Position numbers and translations under genes: made by a program
In this document: piece after piece, positions 13,490 to 24,400 of the stretch
Layout: each line of letters opens with the position of its first letter
Numbering within the stretch: the first letter of the stretch is position 1
Source: Raillietiella orientalis
Lineage: Eukaryota
Length of the DNA: 64,000 nucleotides
Direction of reading: 5' to 3'
NCBI GenBank assembly: GCA_036172245.1
Contig: JAYWIR010000005.1
Span: 1,860,001-1,924,000, forward strand
The notes under the pieces: model-generated
Database searches by the model: none
Told to the model about the DNA's origin: nothing
The model's input: only the letters and a program-made list of their open reading frames with translations

Positions 13490-14260
13490 CCTTCTTTTCT
13501 GTCTTCGCAGTTCTTCGACACGGTTCTACGCTACGAGAGGGTGGATAATTTTTCAAGATAAGGGGTACCCCTTGAGGGGTCCGCCCTATGATCCCAGGCT
13601 GGACTCGGAGTCCGTTCCTCTCACACCTGGGGAGGGATCCCCGGTAATGGAGATCCCCTCCACCCCGGTTGTCTCCGAAGGGGAATCCAGAAGGAAATCT
13701 CCTTCCTTATTCTCTCCGGAGGACCCCCGGGGGAGTTTTCTCCATTCTTTCTTCTCTGAAGGGAACCCAGAAAGGATCCGATCCTTGAATTTCTTCTCCG
13801 GAGGGATCCCCCGCAAGGGATGCGCTCTTGTTTTTACTCCTCTGAAGAGAACCCAAAAGGGACGCTTCCGAAATTCAGAAGGACGCAGCTTCTCCGAAGG
13901 GATCGACTCGCTTCTCTGCACTCTCTGGAGAGATGGTGGCGACACACCTACTCCATTAGTACGACGCGGAGGGTCTCCCGGAATGGGTAGTCCGCTCCTT
14001 CACAATTGGTGGGGAATTCCCACTCAGTGACTCCTGGAAGGACTCCGAGGTCGACTCCCATTTGTCCCGGAGCTCATCGGGGCATCCGGTTTGAACAACT
14101 ACCAGTGCCGCACCCGGATGAATGTAGGCCAACCAGCGTCATCTTGTGGGGTGAACTCGGAACCCACGACGCACTGCGTCGATTCCTTCAAAGTATTCGA
14201 ACCCACGACGCATGGTGCTAAGCGCGGAGACCACCGTGAGCACACGGCCTCCGACGCAAG
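13490..14260 (-). mobile_element. tRNA-headed SINE-like element, near full length (copy 2)
   Basis: B-box GGTTCGAAT on minus at 14195-14203, second GGGTTCCGAGTT motif about 40 nt downstream, hairpin-repeat body, GGGGTACCCC at 13562-13571. Confidence 0.8.
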
Positions 14261-16949
14261 CAACTCTTCAATAAAAACGGCGAAAACGCTGTAGGCGAAA
14301 GTTGCACGTCATGGATGCCGATAAAAAATAACAGAATTCACCATGGAGAAGAAAAAAAAAAAGGGTAATCTCTGTGGCTGCAGGAGGATTATCCAAGGTC
14401 TCCACAGCTGGCTCCTTTCAGTCCGCATGCGGCGGCCATGTCCTCAAGAGCCGCCGACTCTAATTGCACGCTGTTTGATTGCTTCTTTCGTGCCGACATC
14501 CGAAGATCTGGCAACCCTCTTGGCGATCCGATGCGGATCCTCATGCCCGCATGGACATCTCGATGAGCCAAATCCTTCCAGAAAAAGGCGGAGCAAAAGT
14601 GGGGAAGTTCGTCACTCGGAAAGTTCGCTCTCCCGTCCTCTGAGACAGCGCGATCGAACGCACGAGAGAAACAGTCTTCAGTGCTCTCAGATGGACCGTG
14701 GAAAGGGAGAACACCGCCATCTTCTCCCAACTAGCACCGGAGTCCCCAGAGCAGTTTCCCTCCTCCTCGATGGGGCGCGAGAGCAGCCGGCGACCGGCTC
14801 TCCGTGCGTTTTCCCGGCCTCTCCCGCTTAACAAACAAAACCGGAAAGATTTCCCTGGAGAAAATTTTCAACACTTGAAGTATGTTGCCACAGAGAGAGA
14901 CGTGGAGGGACGGAGGGGAGGGGGGTGTAAGTTTCTTCTAGCGTCACCGAACTCGTTGAAGGCACAAGAGAAAGGACCGGCGGGAAAGTGGCTGACGGCA
15001 CATTCAGAGCAATAACGTCCAACGCTCGGGCTTTGCTGTTCATTCCGATGGCACGTACGGTGCGGCCTCAGGCCGGAGGTCGGCAAGTGCGGTGGCTCGC
15101 TGTGGGAATCTGTCGAACCGAGGCAGACAATCGTCGCGAGGCGCCTGAGGACTGCGAGAGAGAGAGATGGAATGAACGATTCTGGACCGTATCACTTGAC
15201 TCTTGGCACCCCTTCATCGGGGACCCAGAAAGCAAACCCTTCGCCATCTGGCAGGGCGCGCAATCCTCGTTTGCCTGCCTGCGCACGAATCAAAATACCC
15301 TGCTGGGACACTGCGGTAGCTGTCGCGACGAAGCTGATGCTCTCTTGGCGCGGAAGGAAGCTGCGAAGCTTTCGCGGGGACGCTGAATCCCGTGTCAGAT
15401 CACTCTTCGTTTCTCTTCCTTTGCTGCGATTCCGAGTAGCCATGGCGCACCGTGGCTATTTGGAAATTTTCGAGGACCCTTCAGGAAATCTCGGATGAAC
15501 ATTACGTGGAAGAATACTAACTAATCGAAGTGAGTTTTTATTCGGCTCGAATTAGAACTTCCTGCCCAGGAAGAGCAGTCTGCTTGCATTCTGCTTTGCT
15601 AGGAAACCAGCTGCTATCATCTAACTAGCAACGAAGTTTTGGTTGCATATTGTGACTTGTTTCTCCTAGAACTGCAACCCTCCAGAAAAAGGCTCATGTG
15701 AAAGGCAAGATTCGCTTGAAATCGAGTCCTCCAGATGTTAGTGAGACGGAGTGGGGGGATTGGCTGGGTGCAAGATAGTCGGAAGGTCAACAGAAAGTGA
15801 CAAGAGCTCCTGTTCATCGCCATCCTTGGTGCTGTAATTCAAGATGATGAAAAATCCTGTAGCCGCAGTGCTGAATGGCGGAATCTACAACAAAGAGATT
15901 CCTGGAGCTGGAAGATAACAGAGAAACCTTCCCATGGCAACACTTCGATCGGACCTCAAAGTTTCGGGCTATCTTCCTATGTAACAAAAGTACCAAATTC
16001 GTAAGTGACCAAAGGCACTTTTACATCCTCCGGAAGAAGCTCATTGCTCCAGCGGCTTACTGAGAGTGACCCGCACTGAGAGTAAAAGTTCATCTGGCCT
16101 CTCTGGACAAGCGCCCGGTAGCTGCTGAGATCCACCTGAAGGAATCGAGTGCGTCGACTTCTTCGAAGATGCAGGTACCACCACGCGCCCTGGAATCATG
16201 AAGGCATCATTTGCAAGAAGACTCAGGGCCTCTAGAAAAATTGGCTCTCAATCGTCTCTAGAGGCTCTCCCGCTGCTCACCGAGGCAGGGATGCGCCCAT
16301 TCTGGAGGAAGATGTGAAGACTAGGGCCGCCGATTCACCTGGAATAGACTTATTCGCTTGCCCTCCAACTCCAAGAATCAGCGCCCAGCTCGCTTGAGGT
16401 TTTGTCCATTCGTTGATTTTGGTCGCAAGAAAGCCAATCCTGCCATCATCTCCCTAAGCAAGGGGGAGTCGACTGTGATTTCCAGGAAAGACCACTGAAG
16501 GGATTTCCGTGGTCGCTGCTCCCATCAAAAGGAAACGAAGCACGCACGAGACAAGAGACGTCGAAACAGCCTCCTTCGAGTATCCAGTATGCCCGCTGAA
16601 GCTTCGCTGTTGTTCGAGTTTCCGACTATTTTGTCAAAGAGGCCTTCGTAATCGCCATAGATGGAAATCCTAGACTTGTCCTCCAAGTGTCGATTTTCCA
16701 CTCAACACTGCCGGAAGGAGCTGGTTTCCGGTAAGTTCTGTTGCAAGCGGCATCTAGCGCTGTTGCTGAGGAAAAAGTTACACCACCCTTGTGCTGCGAT
16801 GAGTTTGCTCAGTCTCGGCGACGGGCGAAGAAAGTGCATGAGATTCACCGTGACCAGAAGACGGAAGTGACCAGGGATCCAACTTCAGGTGAGATTTCGA
16901 AATTGATGAGTCTAGAACCAAGGAATTCTTATGGATTGTTTTCCTCAGG

Positions 16950-17560
16950 AGATAGTTTGCTGCAGGGTGTTGCTCCACGTCGCTGCAAGAATGGCCACAG
17001 CCTGGAACGACAATGACACATATGCTTCACGGCATATCTTCCTCTTTCTATAAGTCCGAGGCGAGGAAGTCCATCTGGCCTGTCCATCTGGGGAAGAAGG
17101 CAGGCTGTGGCCTGTCTTCCCTGCCTCGGCTCGGAAGGTTCTGCTCAGGCGGTTCTTCATCAACGATGACCTCTCGAAGGCGGTCACAATTTGATTCGCC
17201 TGCTACTGGCTGTCGCACAACAGGGTCACCAAGAGTGCGGTGGCGCGTTTCACACACCAATTGGAAATCCTTTTCCCCGTACCGGTGGCGCCACCGCTCT
17301 CGAAGCTCCTGATCGGTTTGACACTTTGTTCTTGGGTTCGCCTTGCAGAAGAGCAGCCACGAGCGCTTCTGCAGGCAGTCTGTCCCGTGGGAAGTCACGT
17401 CACCTGCAGGTCTGACTGCTGCAAACACACACCAGGAATTTGCGCCCGAAAATTCGCCGTCTTTCCCGCACGTGGACGCGCGTCGATGACTTCCTGTCCA
17501 TTCCAGTCTTCGGTACGAGAAGATCTGCAGAAGATGGACTCCTTCTTTTGTCAGGAAAAA
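16950..17560 (-). mobile_element. Possible LINE ORF1/gag-like remnant
   Basis: RTFRAEAGKTGHSLPSSP resembles a decayed Cx2CGKTGHx4CP zinc knuckle. Otherwise unassignable. Confidence 0.2.
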
Positions 17561-17949
17561 GGGAGGAGCCTGTAGCACCAGCACCGTGACGGATCTGGAA
17601 GATCGCTCGCGGTCATCCGCGATCATCGTGTGCAGTGTGTTCCTCTGGTTGAGTTCAAGGGAAAGCAGTTGAGGGAGAAATGAGGGCTCTTCGTTCCTTC
17701 TCCCGGATGCTGCAGCACTGGGAAAACTTCCAGCGTGTTGCATGGCGGAAGATTTGTGGAAAGAATGCAATCACAAGATCGGATTGCTCGTGGCTCATCC
17801 TGTGTAAAAGTCAGTACACCGGGATGCTCCAGGACGCTCAAAAATACGTCAACAAACATACAGTTTCCTTGTACCAGCGGGAAGGAAAGTTAGGTAGGCG
17901 TTCAGGTAGAGGAGAGGATTGTAAAGAGAAGGGAAAGGAAAGGAAGATG

Positions 17950-18650
17950 GGGTCTTAGGAAGGCTCTGACTAGGATTCTGACTTTTGGTAATTGGTTGAT
18001 GTATGCTTCCAGTTCCTCGCGATCCTCCTCTTTCGATATACCCATCTGCGCGCCGCACGTAGCAGTCCGTTGCCAGCAGGGTTTTGACCTTTCGCCTTTG
18101 GTTGTCTTTAGAGTGCCAGTACGTCGCTTTCGCACGTAGGCAACACGCAAATAAAATCACAGCCTCCTTCGAGAGATGACCGTCGTCGCAAAAGAACCAC
18201 CCGAACAGGTCCTCCGGACCAAGGTGAGGAAAGAAATGCTGTGTGCCGCTTCAGTCCATCCTTCTTGGAGACCGCCGCACTGGGATGAGCAAACGCGAGT
18301 GGTCTCCTTATCTCCGCGATGCGGCCACCTGCAGTCTAGTAGCACAAGGTGCAAGAGATCGTTTCTGTTCCGGGTCCAGTGGATAAGCAGTTCCAGGAGA
18401 TGCTGAACGTTCGCGGCCATCACCGAGAGTTCCTGAAAAGTCTGTGGGGTTTCCATCGGACCGGCATCCGATACTCCCAGGATGATCACCTTCAGCCCTG
18501 ACCGTTGTTTCGGAGAGGTTTCTGTAGAGTTGCCGCCACGTGACTTGGCTCCTAGCGTTCCAGGGGCTGGACCTTCCCTGATGCGCGTCACAACAGTGTC
18601 CATGTTGGCATGTTCTGTCGAATCCGATCCATGCTGCAGCTGATGAATCA
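17950..18650 (-). mobile_element. CR1/L2-like LINE AP-endonuclease fragment
   Basis: ORF 18157-18714 contains LKVIILGVSD (cf. IILGDFN) and WTRNRNDLLHLVL (cf. PTR..N.LDLVL). Its 5' side abuts SINE copy 3. Confidence 0.45.
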
Positions 18651-18669
18651 CTCTGAGAAGGCGCATGCC

Positions 18670-19233
18670 CACCCGCTCTGGAGGCCTCGTGGGTACGGTC
18701 TCGGCATGCAGCACCAGACGCCATGAGTTCGAATCCCACCCGGGGAATGGTCAACGCCGAAAACGGGGATTGAGTCGTGGGTTTCGAGTCCACACTACAG
18801 GACGACTCTGGCTGGCTTACGGCTCCGGGAGAGGCACAGGTGGAAGATGGAAACCCTTAAATGCCCCCGTTGACTCGGTTCCGGAATTGCAAATTGATCC
18901 TTCAGGGTTCTTCCAGGAATCACGGAGTCCTTCAGGGTTCCCCCCTGGCTGTGAGAAGGGAGCCATCCTCTCCTTCGGGGGCAACCCTCCACCGCGTATC
19001 ACGGAGCTGGTTGAAACCCTCCTCGGGGATGACTCTAACGAGGGAAAAGAGCGCTGCTTCCTTCGGGGTTCTCATCAGGGGAGCAACAAGGAGCGGTTCC
19101 CTCTGGAGAACAAATTCCAGGAGCAGATCTTCCCGGATTCCCTTTGGAGGAGAAACGAAGAGCGCTACCCTCCGGGGATCCCTCCAGAGAGAACGAGGAA
19201 GAGATTCCCTTCGGGGTTCCTTTCGGAGACAAG
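18670..19233 (+). mobile_element. tRNA-headed SINE-like element (copy 3), truncated at the distal end
   Basis: B-box GAGTTCGAATCCC at 18725-18737, second motif GGGTTTCGAGTCC at about 18779-18791, body of about 35-40 bp degenerate repeats with CCTTCGGGG hairpins. Confidence 0.8.
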
Positions 19234-19234
19234 G

Positions 19235-19545
19235 TAAATCCGAGATGGCAAATCTTCTGCGAGATTGCAGGCAGGCGGAAGCTGCTACCCCGAGTGCCCT
19301 TCCGCGAGGACTACAGCTCTGGGTCAAGCTGCTCGGCATTCTGAGCGAAGACCTGGATTGGACCCCAGTGCTCGAGAACAGCAGCGTCCTTCCCCTGAAG
19401 TGGTGAGAGTCGGCACTTCTGCTGTTGCACTGGGGTATCCCCTGCAATGCTCACCGACTCTGCTGGATGCTTGGGGGGGCGAGTCCGGACTGTCACAGGT
19501 GCAGGGAACGGAAATCCCTCCCTCACCTGCTTGTGATTCCAGGAT
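19235..19545 (+). mobile_element. Tx1/L1 zf-RVT fragment
   Basis: LWVKLLGILSEDLDW...LKW*ESALLLLHWGIPCNAHRL...SPDCHRCRERKSLPHLL. Confidence 0.7.
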
Positions 19546-19611
19546 CTACTGCATCCGTAATTGCATAGGAGACGACCCTGCTAGCTTGAGGGCTACCCAC
19601 CGAAAAAAGAT

Positions 19612-19693
19612 GAAATTCACCTAAAATTATGAACTAAAACTAAATCACCTAAAATAATAAATTGCCAAAAAATAAATTATATTCACCTAAAAT
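19612..19693. repeat. Short AT-rich degenerate tandem repeat
   Basis: Three copies of TCACCTAAAA within about 80 bp. Confidence 0.5.
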
Positions 19694-20289
19694 ACGAAGC
19701 GCATCTCAAAAGTAAGGGCGAATCGGATGGAAAGAGATGGTTCGAAACACGTACATCCCATACCGTTTTCCCACGTAGTCACCATTCTATTCCAAACATT
19801 TTTGATGCCTTGGAGGAAGCTTTTTAAAACCGTCTGCATGAAATTCCGCCGCCTGGGAGTTCAGCCAGTTCAGCAGCACTGCAGTTTTCTACTCCTCACT
19901 TTCCTCCTCGAAACTTTCAGCCACTTCTTGAGGTGTAGGAAGGAAGACGTGGTAGTCTTTTTTACTGAGAGATGCGCCTCGTAATAAACTAAACCTAACC
20001 CTACTTCATTTAAAATAGTAAGCTGAACAGAATGGAGGTCTCTCAATCATCTTAGAAAGAGGAAACAGTAAAGGCTGTGATGTGAATAGAGATGTGGTAC
20101 TGAAAGCAACATCAGATTTTTTCATGGTGAAAGTAGTAATGAACTGATGAACTTTCATGAGATAATCTATATTCTCAACCACTTGAAAACAAAAATAAAG
20201 ATAAAAAAAAAAGAAAAAGTGCGCTTCAGGTGTGGTTGGGCAAGGGAAGGAATCACAACGGGCTTTCCTGATGGCATCTTCTGCATCCT

Positions 20290-21640
20290 CGAAGTTCCTG
20301 CTTACCGTGTTTCCAGGTGAGACAGTCCCGTTAAATGGACATAACGATATCTATGGAGCCACTGTTGGTATGGACCCTTCCGGTCAGACCAGCCAGGATT
20401 GCGCGGATTCAGTCTGCGGAGGCAGAGAAGGTTGCCGCAGCAGACGACATCCCTCTTTGCATGGAGAGACTGACCAAGTCTCTTGGAGAGTCCGACGGGA
20501 ACTGACGCGCCGCCGTGAAACGTTCCCAAGCATGTCGGGGCCACTAACAGGTGGTCAAGAGGTTCGACTTCGTCGCAGCTGGCAAAATTCGGATACGCAG
20601 TTTTCCTTGTGCAGTGGTGTCTGCAAGATGGACGCGCTCATGAGGAAAGCACTGTCGGACTACCTAAAGCCGAAGATTTGCCTCAAAGACCTCGTTGCAC
20701 CATGAAGGAATGCAGGACTCGGCATCCAAGAAGGTAAGGCTACAGCTTCGGTCCAGGATTGTTGACCTCCATGACTGAGAACTGGATGTGGCATGAAAAT
20801 CTGCCTAAGAGCTATCAGTGGCGAGGGACCGTATGAAGGCGCAGGCGGTATCCTGAGACAGGTCGCTTCTCTTCGGGAAGAAAATCAGTGGATCTCGCGC
20901 TGCTCCCTAAACTACAGCGCTTGGAGGCATCTGGATCCGCACCATGCAGCGTTGATACTTCCCATCCACATAATGGGAGCAGTTTCTCTGGAGGAAGCAG
21001 AAGCGGAGCAGTAGAAGTGCGCCATAGTCGACGCCACCACCCAAACGCAGCTCTGTCCTTCCTACAGAACTAACCAGCAGGCAGGGTGAGACATCTCGTA
21101 GCAGAAGTAATGAAATTAGTGGGCTGGTGGACGACGGCCCAGCTGGCTGACACGGCGACATCCCCTGCAGGCACTAAACAACTGCCCCGCTGGTCGAAAT
21201 TCCTGAAAGTTGCGCTGTCGGGGACTGTGACCCCTTTCCTCTATCTGAATAGCCTCGTGCTCCCCCTGAAGCAGCAGCACGAAGAAGGGATTTTGCTGCT
21301 CGCTCAATGGGATTTCCCGTGCGACCTGCGGCGGCATCGCTGGCTGAGAGGAGCGTCCCGGCGAACTCTTCTAGCTTCACTAGACGGAAACTCCCATGCG
21401 CCTGCTGCCGGGATGCGGTGACCTTTGGAGCGCGAGGAAACCCCTCCTCGAGGCTGCTCTGCTTCGAGCCGAAGACACCCCGAAAGAGCTGCTGCGGCGC
21501 TGCTTCCAGCGGGACGAAGTGTCACCCGCTTCTCCGATCGCCCAGTCCTGTCTTGCGTCAGGTGGATCGCGGCGTCTCGGAATACGCAGGAAGAGCGCCG
21601 GCAAGAAAGAAGGACCACATGCCTCGACTTTGCAGGAATC
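20290..21640 (+). mobile_element. Tx1/L1 LINE ORF2 3' part (subfamily A)
   Basis: RRHPSLHG (cf. R.LSL.GR), KPKICLKDLVAP*RNAGLGI (cf. L..P...GGLG), then LLAQWDFPC and the TPMRLLPGC zf-RVT region. 21300-21635 matches 46260-46590 in reverse. Confidence 0.7.
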
Positions 21641-22252
21641 ACTGATGGGTCGCTCCCATCTTTCAGCACCAGAAGCAGTGGGCGATACCCGAATTGGCTC
21701 GCATTTTCAACGAGGAACTGTTCTTCGCGTCGGGAGGACTCTCGACGGGCGCGGTGATCGCAGCCATCAGTTGGATGGGTGCCATCGTCACGGACGCCAC
21801 ATTCTGGAGACGGCCGCTTAGAGAAGGAAGGTCACCGGGATGGCAGCCGCCAACATGGGGACGGCTGCAAGGTGGCTTCACCTTCAAGAGGAAGACAAGG
21901 AGGAGATCGCCGACATGCCGCCTCGGTTTCGAAGGTGAGGAACGGCGTACACTGGTGACCCTTGTCCCTAGCCTCCCTTCATTTTATTTTGTTTTTTTTG
22001 TCTTATTTGCCACTTTCTTTCACTCGGTAACTTCCCAGGTTTTTGTATGTTGTTCCGGCTGCATTCGAAGCGGACCCAAAGGCCCTTTCCCCATTCCCTT
22101 GGATTTCCTCTTTTTGTGTATTGCTCCAATTCCCCTCTCCCGTTCCCGACATTTCCGTATGCTGACCTGCGTGTTGGTAGATTCCTCCATGAGTCTCTTT
22201 TTTCTTCGGTTAAGAACCAGCGTGTCCCCAGCGGTTTATTTTTATAAAGTAA
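21641..22252 (+). mobile_element. Tx1/L1 LINE 3' end with UTR (subfamily B)
   Basis: LFFASGGLSTGAVIAAISW...WRRPLREGRSP, then a UTR ending TTTTTATAAAGTAAA. Colinear with 30050-30612 and 43850-44430. Confidence 0.75.
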
Positions 22253-22299
22253 ATGTCCCCACGAGAGGGAGTAAAAAATTCATGAAAGATGCTCATTTC

Positions 22300-24400
22300 T
22301 CAGGAGAACACATATCTGGATATCGAGGAACAGGAATCCACTATCGACAATTCGTTGCCGCCCCAAACCAATGCATATATGTAAAGAATGTGAAACCGAA
22401 ACGTGTCTGTGCAAGCGATTTTTCTCACAGTTTTCTTTGATGCCCATCTTTTTGAAAGTTCATGGATTCACATAAGCAGATGAATACTCAAAATCATCGG
22501 TTTGTCCTGTTAGACGACCTCTTTCCTTATTTATGGGAAAAAAGTCTGAAGGTCTTGAAAACCTTGGTGCAAAATCACAGTTGGTGCAGCGGGCGCCTTG
22601 CTCTGCAAGGTCGACTGTTCCTCAAAATGCCATGACATCGAAAGTTAGAGGTGGGAGCTGCAGGGATACGGTTAGAGAAAGCGAAGATTCGGTTTACAGA
22701 ATTATCTCAGAGATTCTTGAATTTTCCTGCATTGGTTTTCTTATCCTTCATTCCTTATCCTTCACATATTCAGAGGTACATGAATTCTAAGTGGGGATAC
22801 CTTCCCGTAGATTTCTTTCAAGTTTATGCTTATGGGAACTTTTTTAGGCAGATGCCCTGGCAAAAATGGAAAGCAATAACTTTCGTGGATAGGAAATGTT
22901 GGTTAACTGATAGAGTAAAAGTCTTGAATGCAAGGAAAATTCGCATGTAGCAGAAGAAAAGCGTTTCCTAGCTTTGTATTTCCTTAGCTGGAAAAGTCAT
23001 GTAATCCAGGCAGTGAAGGCATGCTGTCCATATCCTTCCCCGATAAGGTACACGACATGTAATGGAACGTGTCATTTGGAGTTTTCAAAAAAAATTCCGG
23101 CAAGCACTGAGTGAGCTGTTTCCCTCAAACTAGTTGCCCATTTAAGAAGAACTGATTGCGATGCAATACAGGTGTTTTGAGTATCACATAGCAACATGAG
23201 TTTCCCTGAGCTTCGATATTCTGGTCTTAAACAAGCATTGCATCACAAATTAAATACTGGAGCATAGAAAAAATGTTCATTCCATGCTTTCTTATGCAAG
23301 GCACAATAAAAAGGGACAGTCCAGCTTCACAATGATCAATCTTCCTTTACTTACATAACATGTAACGGTGAAATTTCCTGAATGTCTTCCTCTGATTTGG
23401 CATTTTATCTCTTCCGATAGGTAATTGGGAAGGCTAGTCAGAGTAATTTAAGCCGTCTGTCTGGAACTGAATGTTATCAGAGTTGTTCCACAGCGATTCC
23501 AAATCCGAGTTGTACATCATGGCACCCCTGTCGAGGTGCCAGCCGTTTCGGAGGATCTGCACGAGTAGCCAAGGACAAATTGCGATCACCATGGTAATAC
23601 ATGTATGCTTGCTCTTCAGAAATGCACCATGCACTTTTATCTTGATAAGCTATGGTAATTGCACATAACGATAACCGAACTCGGAGACTCGACTCAAGTA
23701 GGGAAGAATTACTTTTTCTCGATTCTGTAGAGACGATAAGAGAAGACATCATTGGACGAGGTGACCAAGTTAAATGGCAAATACTTGTTTTGTTTTATTT
23801 TTCGGCAGCTGCCAGTGAATGGAAAAATGCTGGTTCCAATCTTTGGAATAGGAGAAAATCTGGGCATGGGAGAACTCATTCTGAAGCTCCAAGAAAGACT
23901 TGCAGTCTTCATCTGAGGCAGTGTTTGTTGATACATCGATGCTGCACGGTTACGAATGTTACCATGCAGCGAATGAATTAAAGCAGCCTCTGATGATGGA
24001 AAAGTAACTTTTAGTAATGGATGAATTTTCGCTCCTAGAAGCTGGCTTCATCTGTTTTTGAACAGAACTGTGCCATCAGGAACTTTACGTGTTATTCCAT
24101 CCGAAAATTCTGGAGAGACCTTTTTCCCTAGAGGAACTCCTAGAGTTTCCATGGATTAAGCTAATTTCATGTTGACTCGGATCTTTTATTTCCATGAAAG
24201 TGCTGAAGATGGAGCAATCCATCTTTTTCCTAACTGCCCTTCACTGTCCGCTCTCACATGGAGGAATTTCTAGAGAACTGGTACAAGAATACAAACTGTC
24301 AGTGAGAAATGAATCAGATCAGTAACTAAGATGAGCAACTTTGCCTCCCAGATGCACCTGCCATGTCACTGCGGCTACTCGATCGTATGGCAGTGCACTT
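22300..24400 (-). pseudogene. Decayed Cys/His-rich reading frame, possibly KDZ transposase / HMGXB3-like
   Basis: AT-richer block. Minus frames give HGAFLKSKHTCITMVIA (SWIM-like), DHCEAGLS, ICDA, and FLAFKTF...SYCFPFLPGHLPKKV (cf. F.AF.....Y.F.C..CG..P). Heavily frameshifted. Confidence 0.25.

Noticed and set aside
13610..13900. CRISPR-like array
   Set aside because: Units are degenerate and contiguous with no unique spacers, no cas genes, and the context is eukaryotic.
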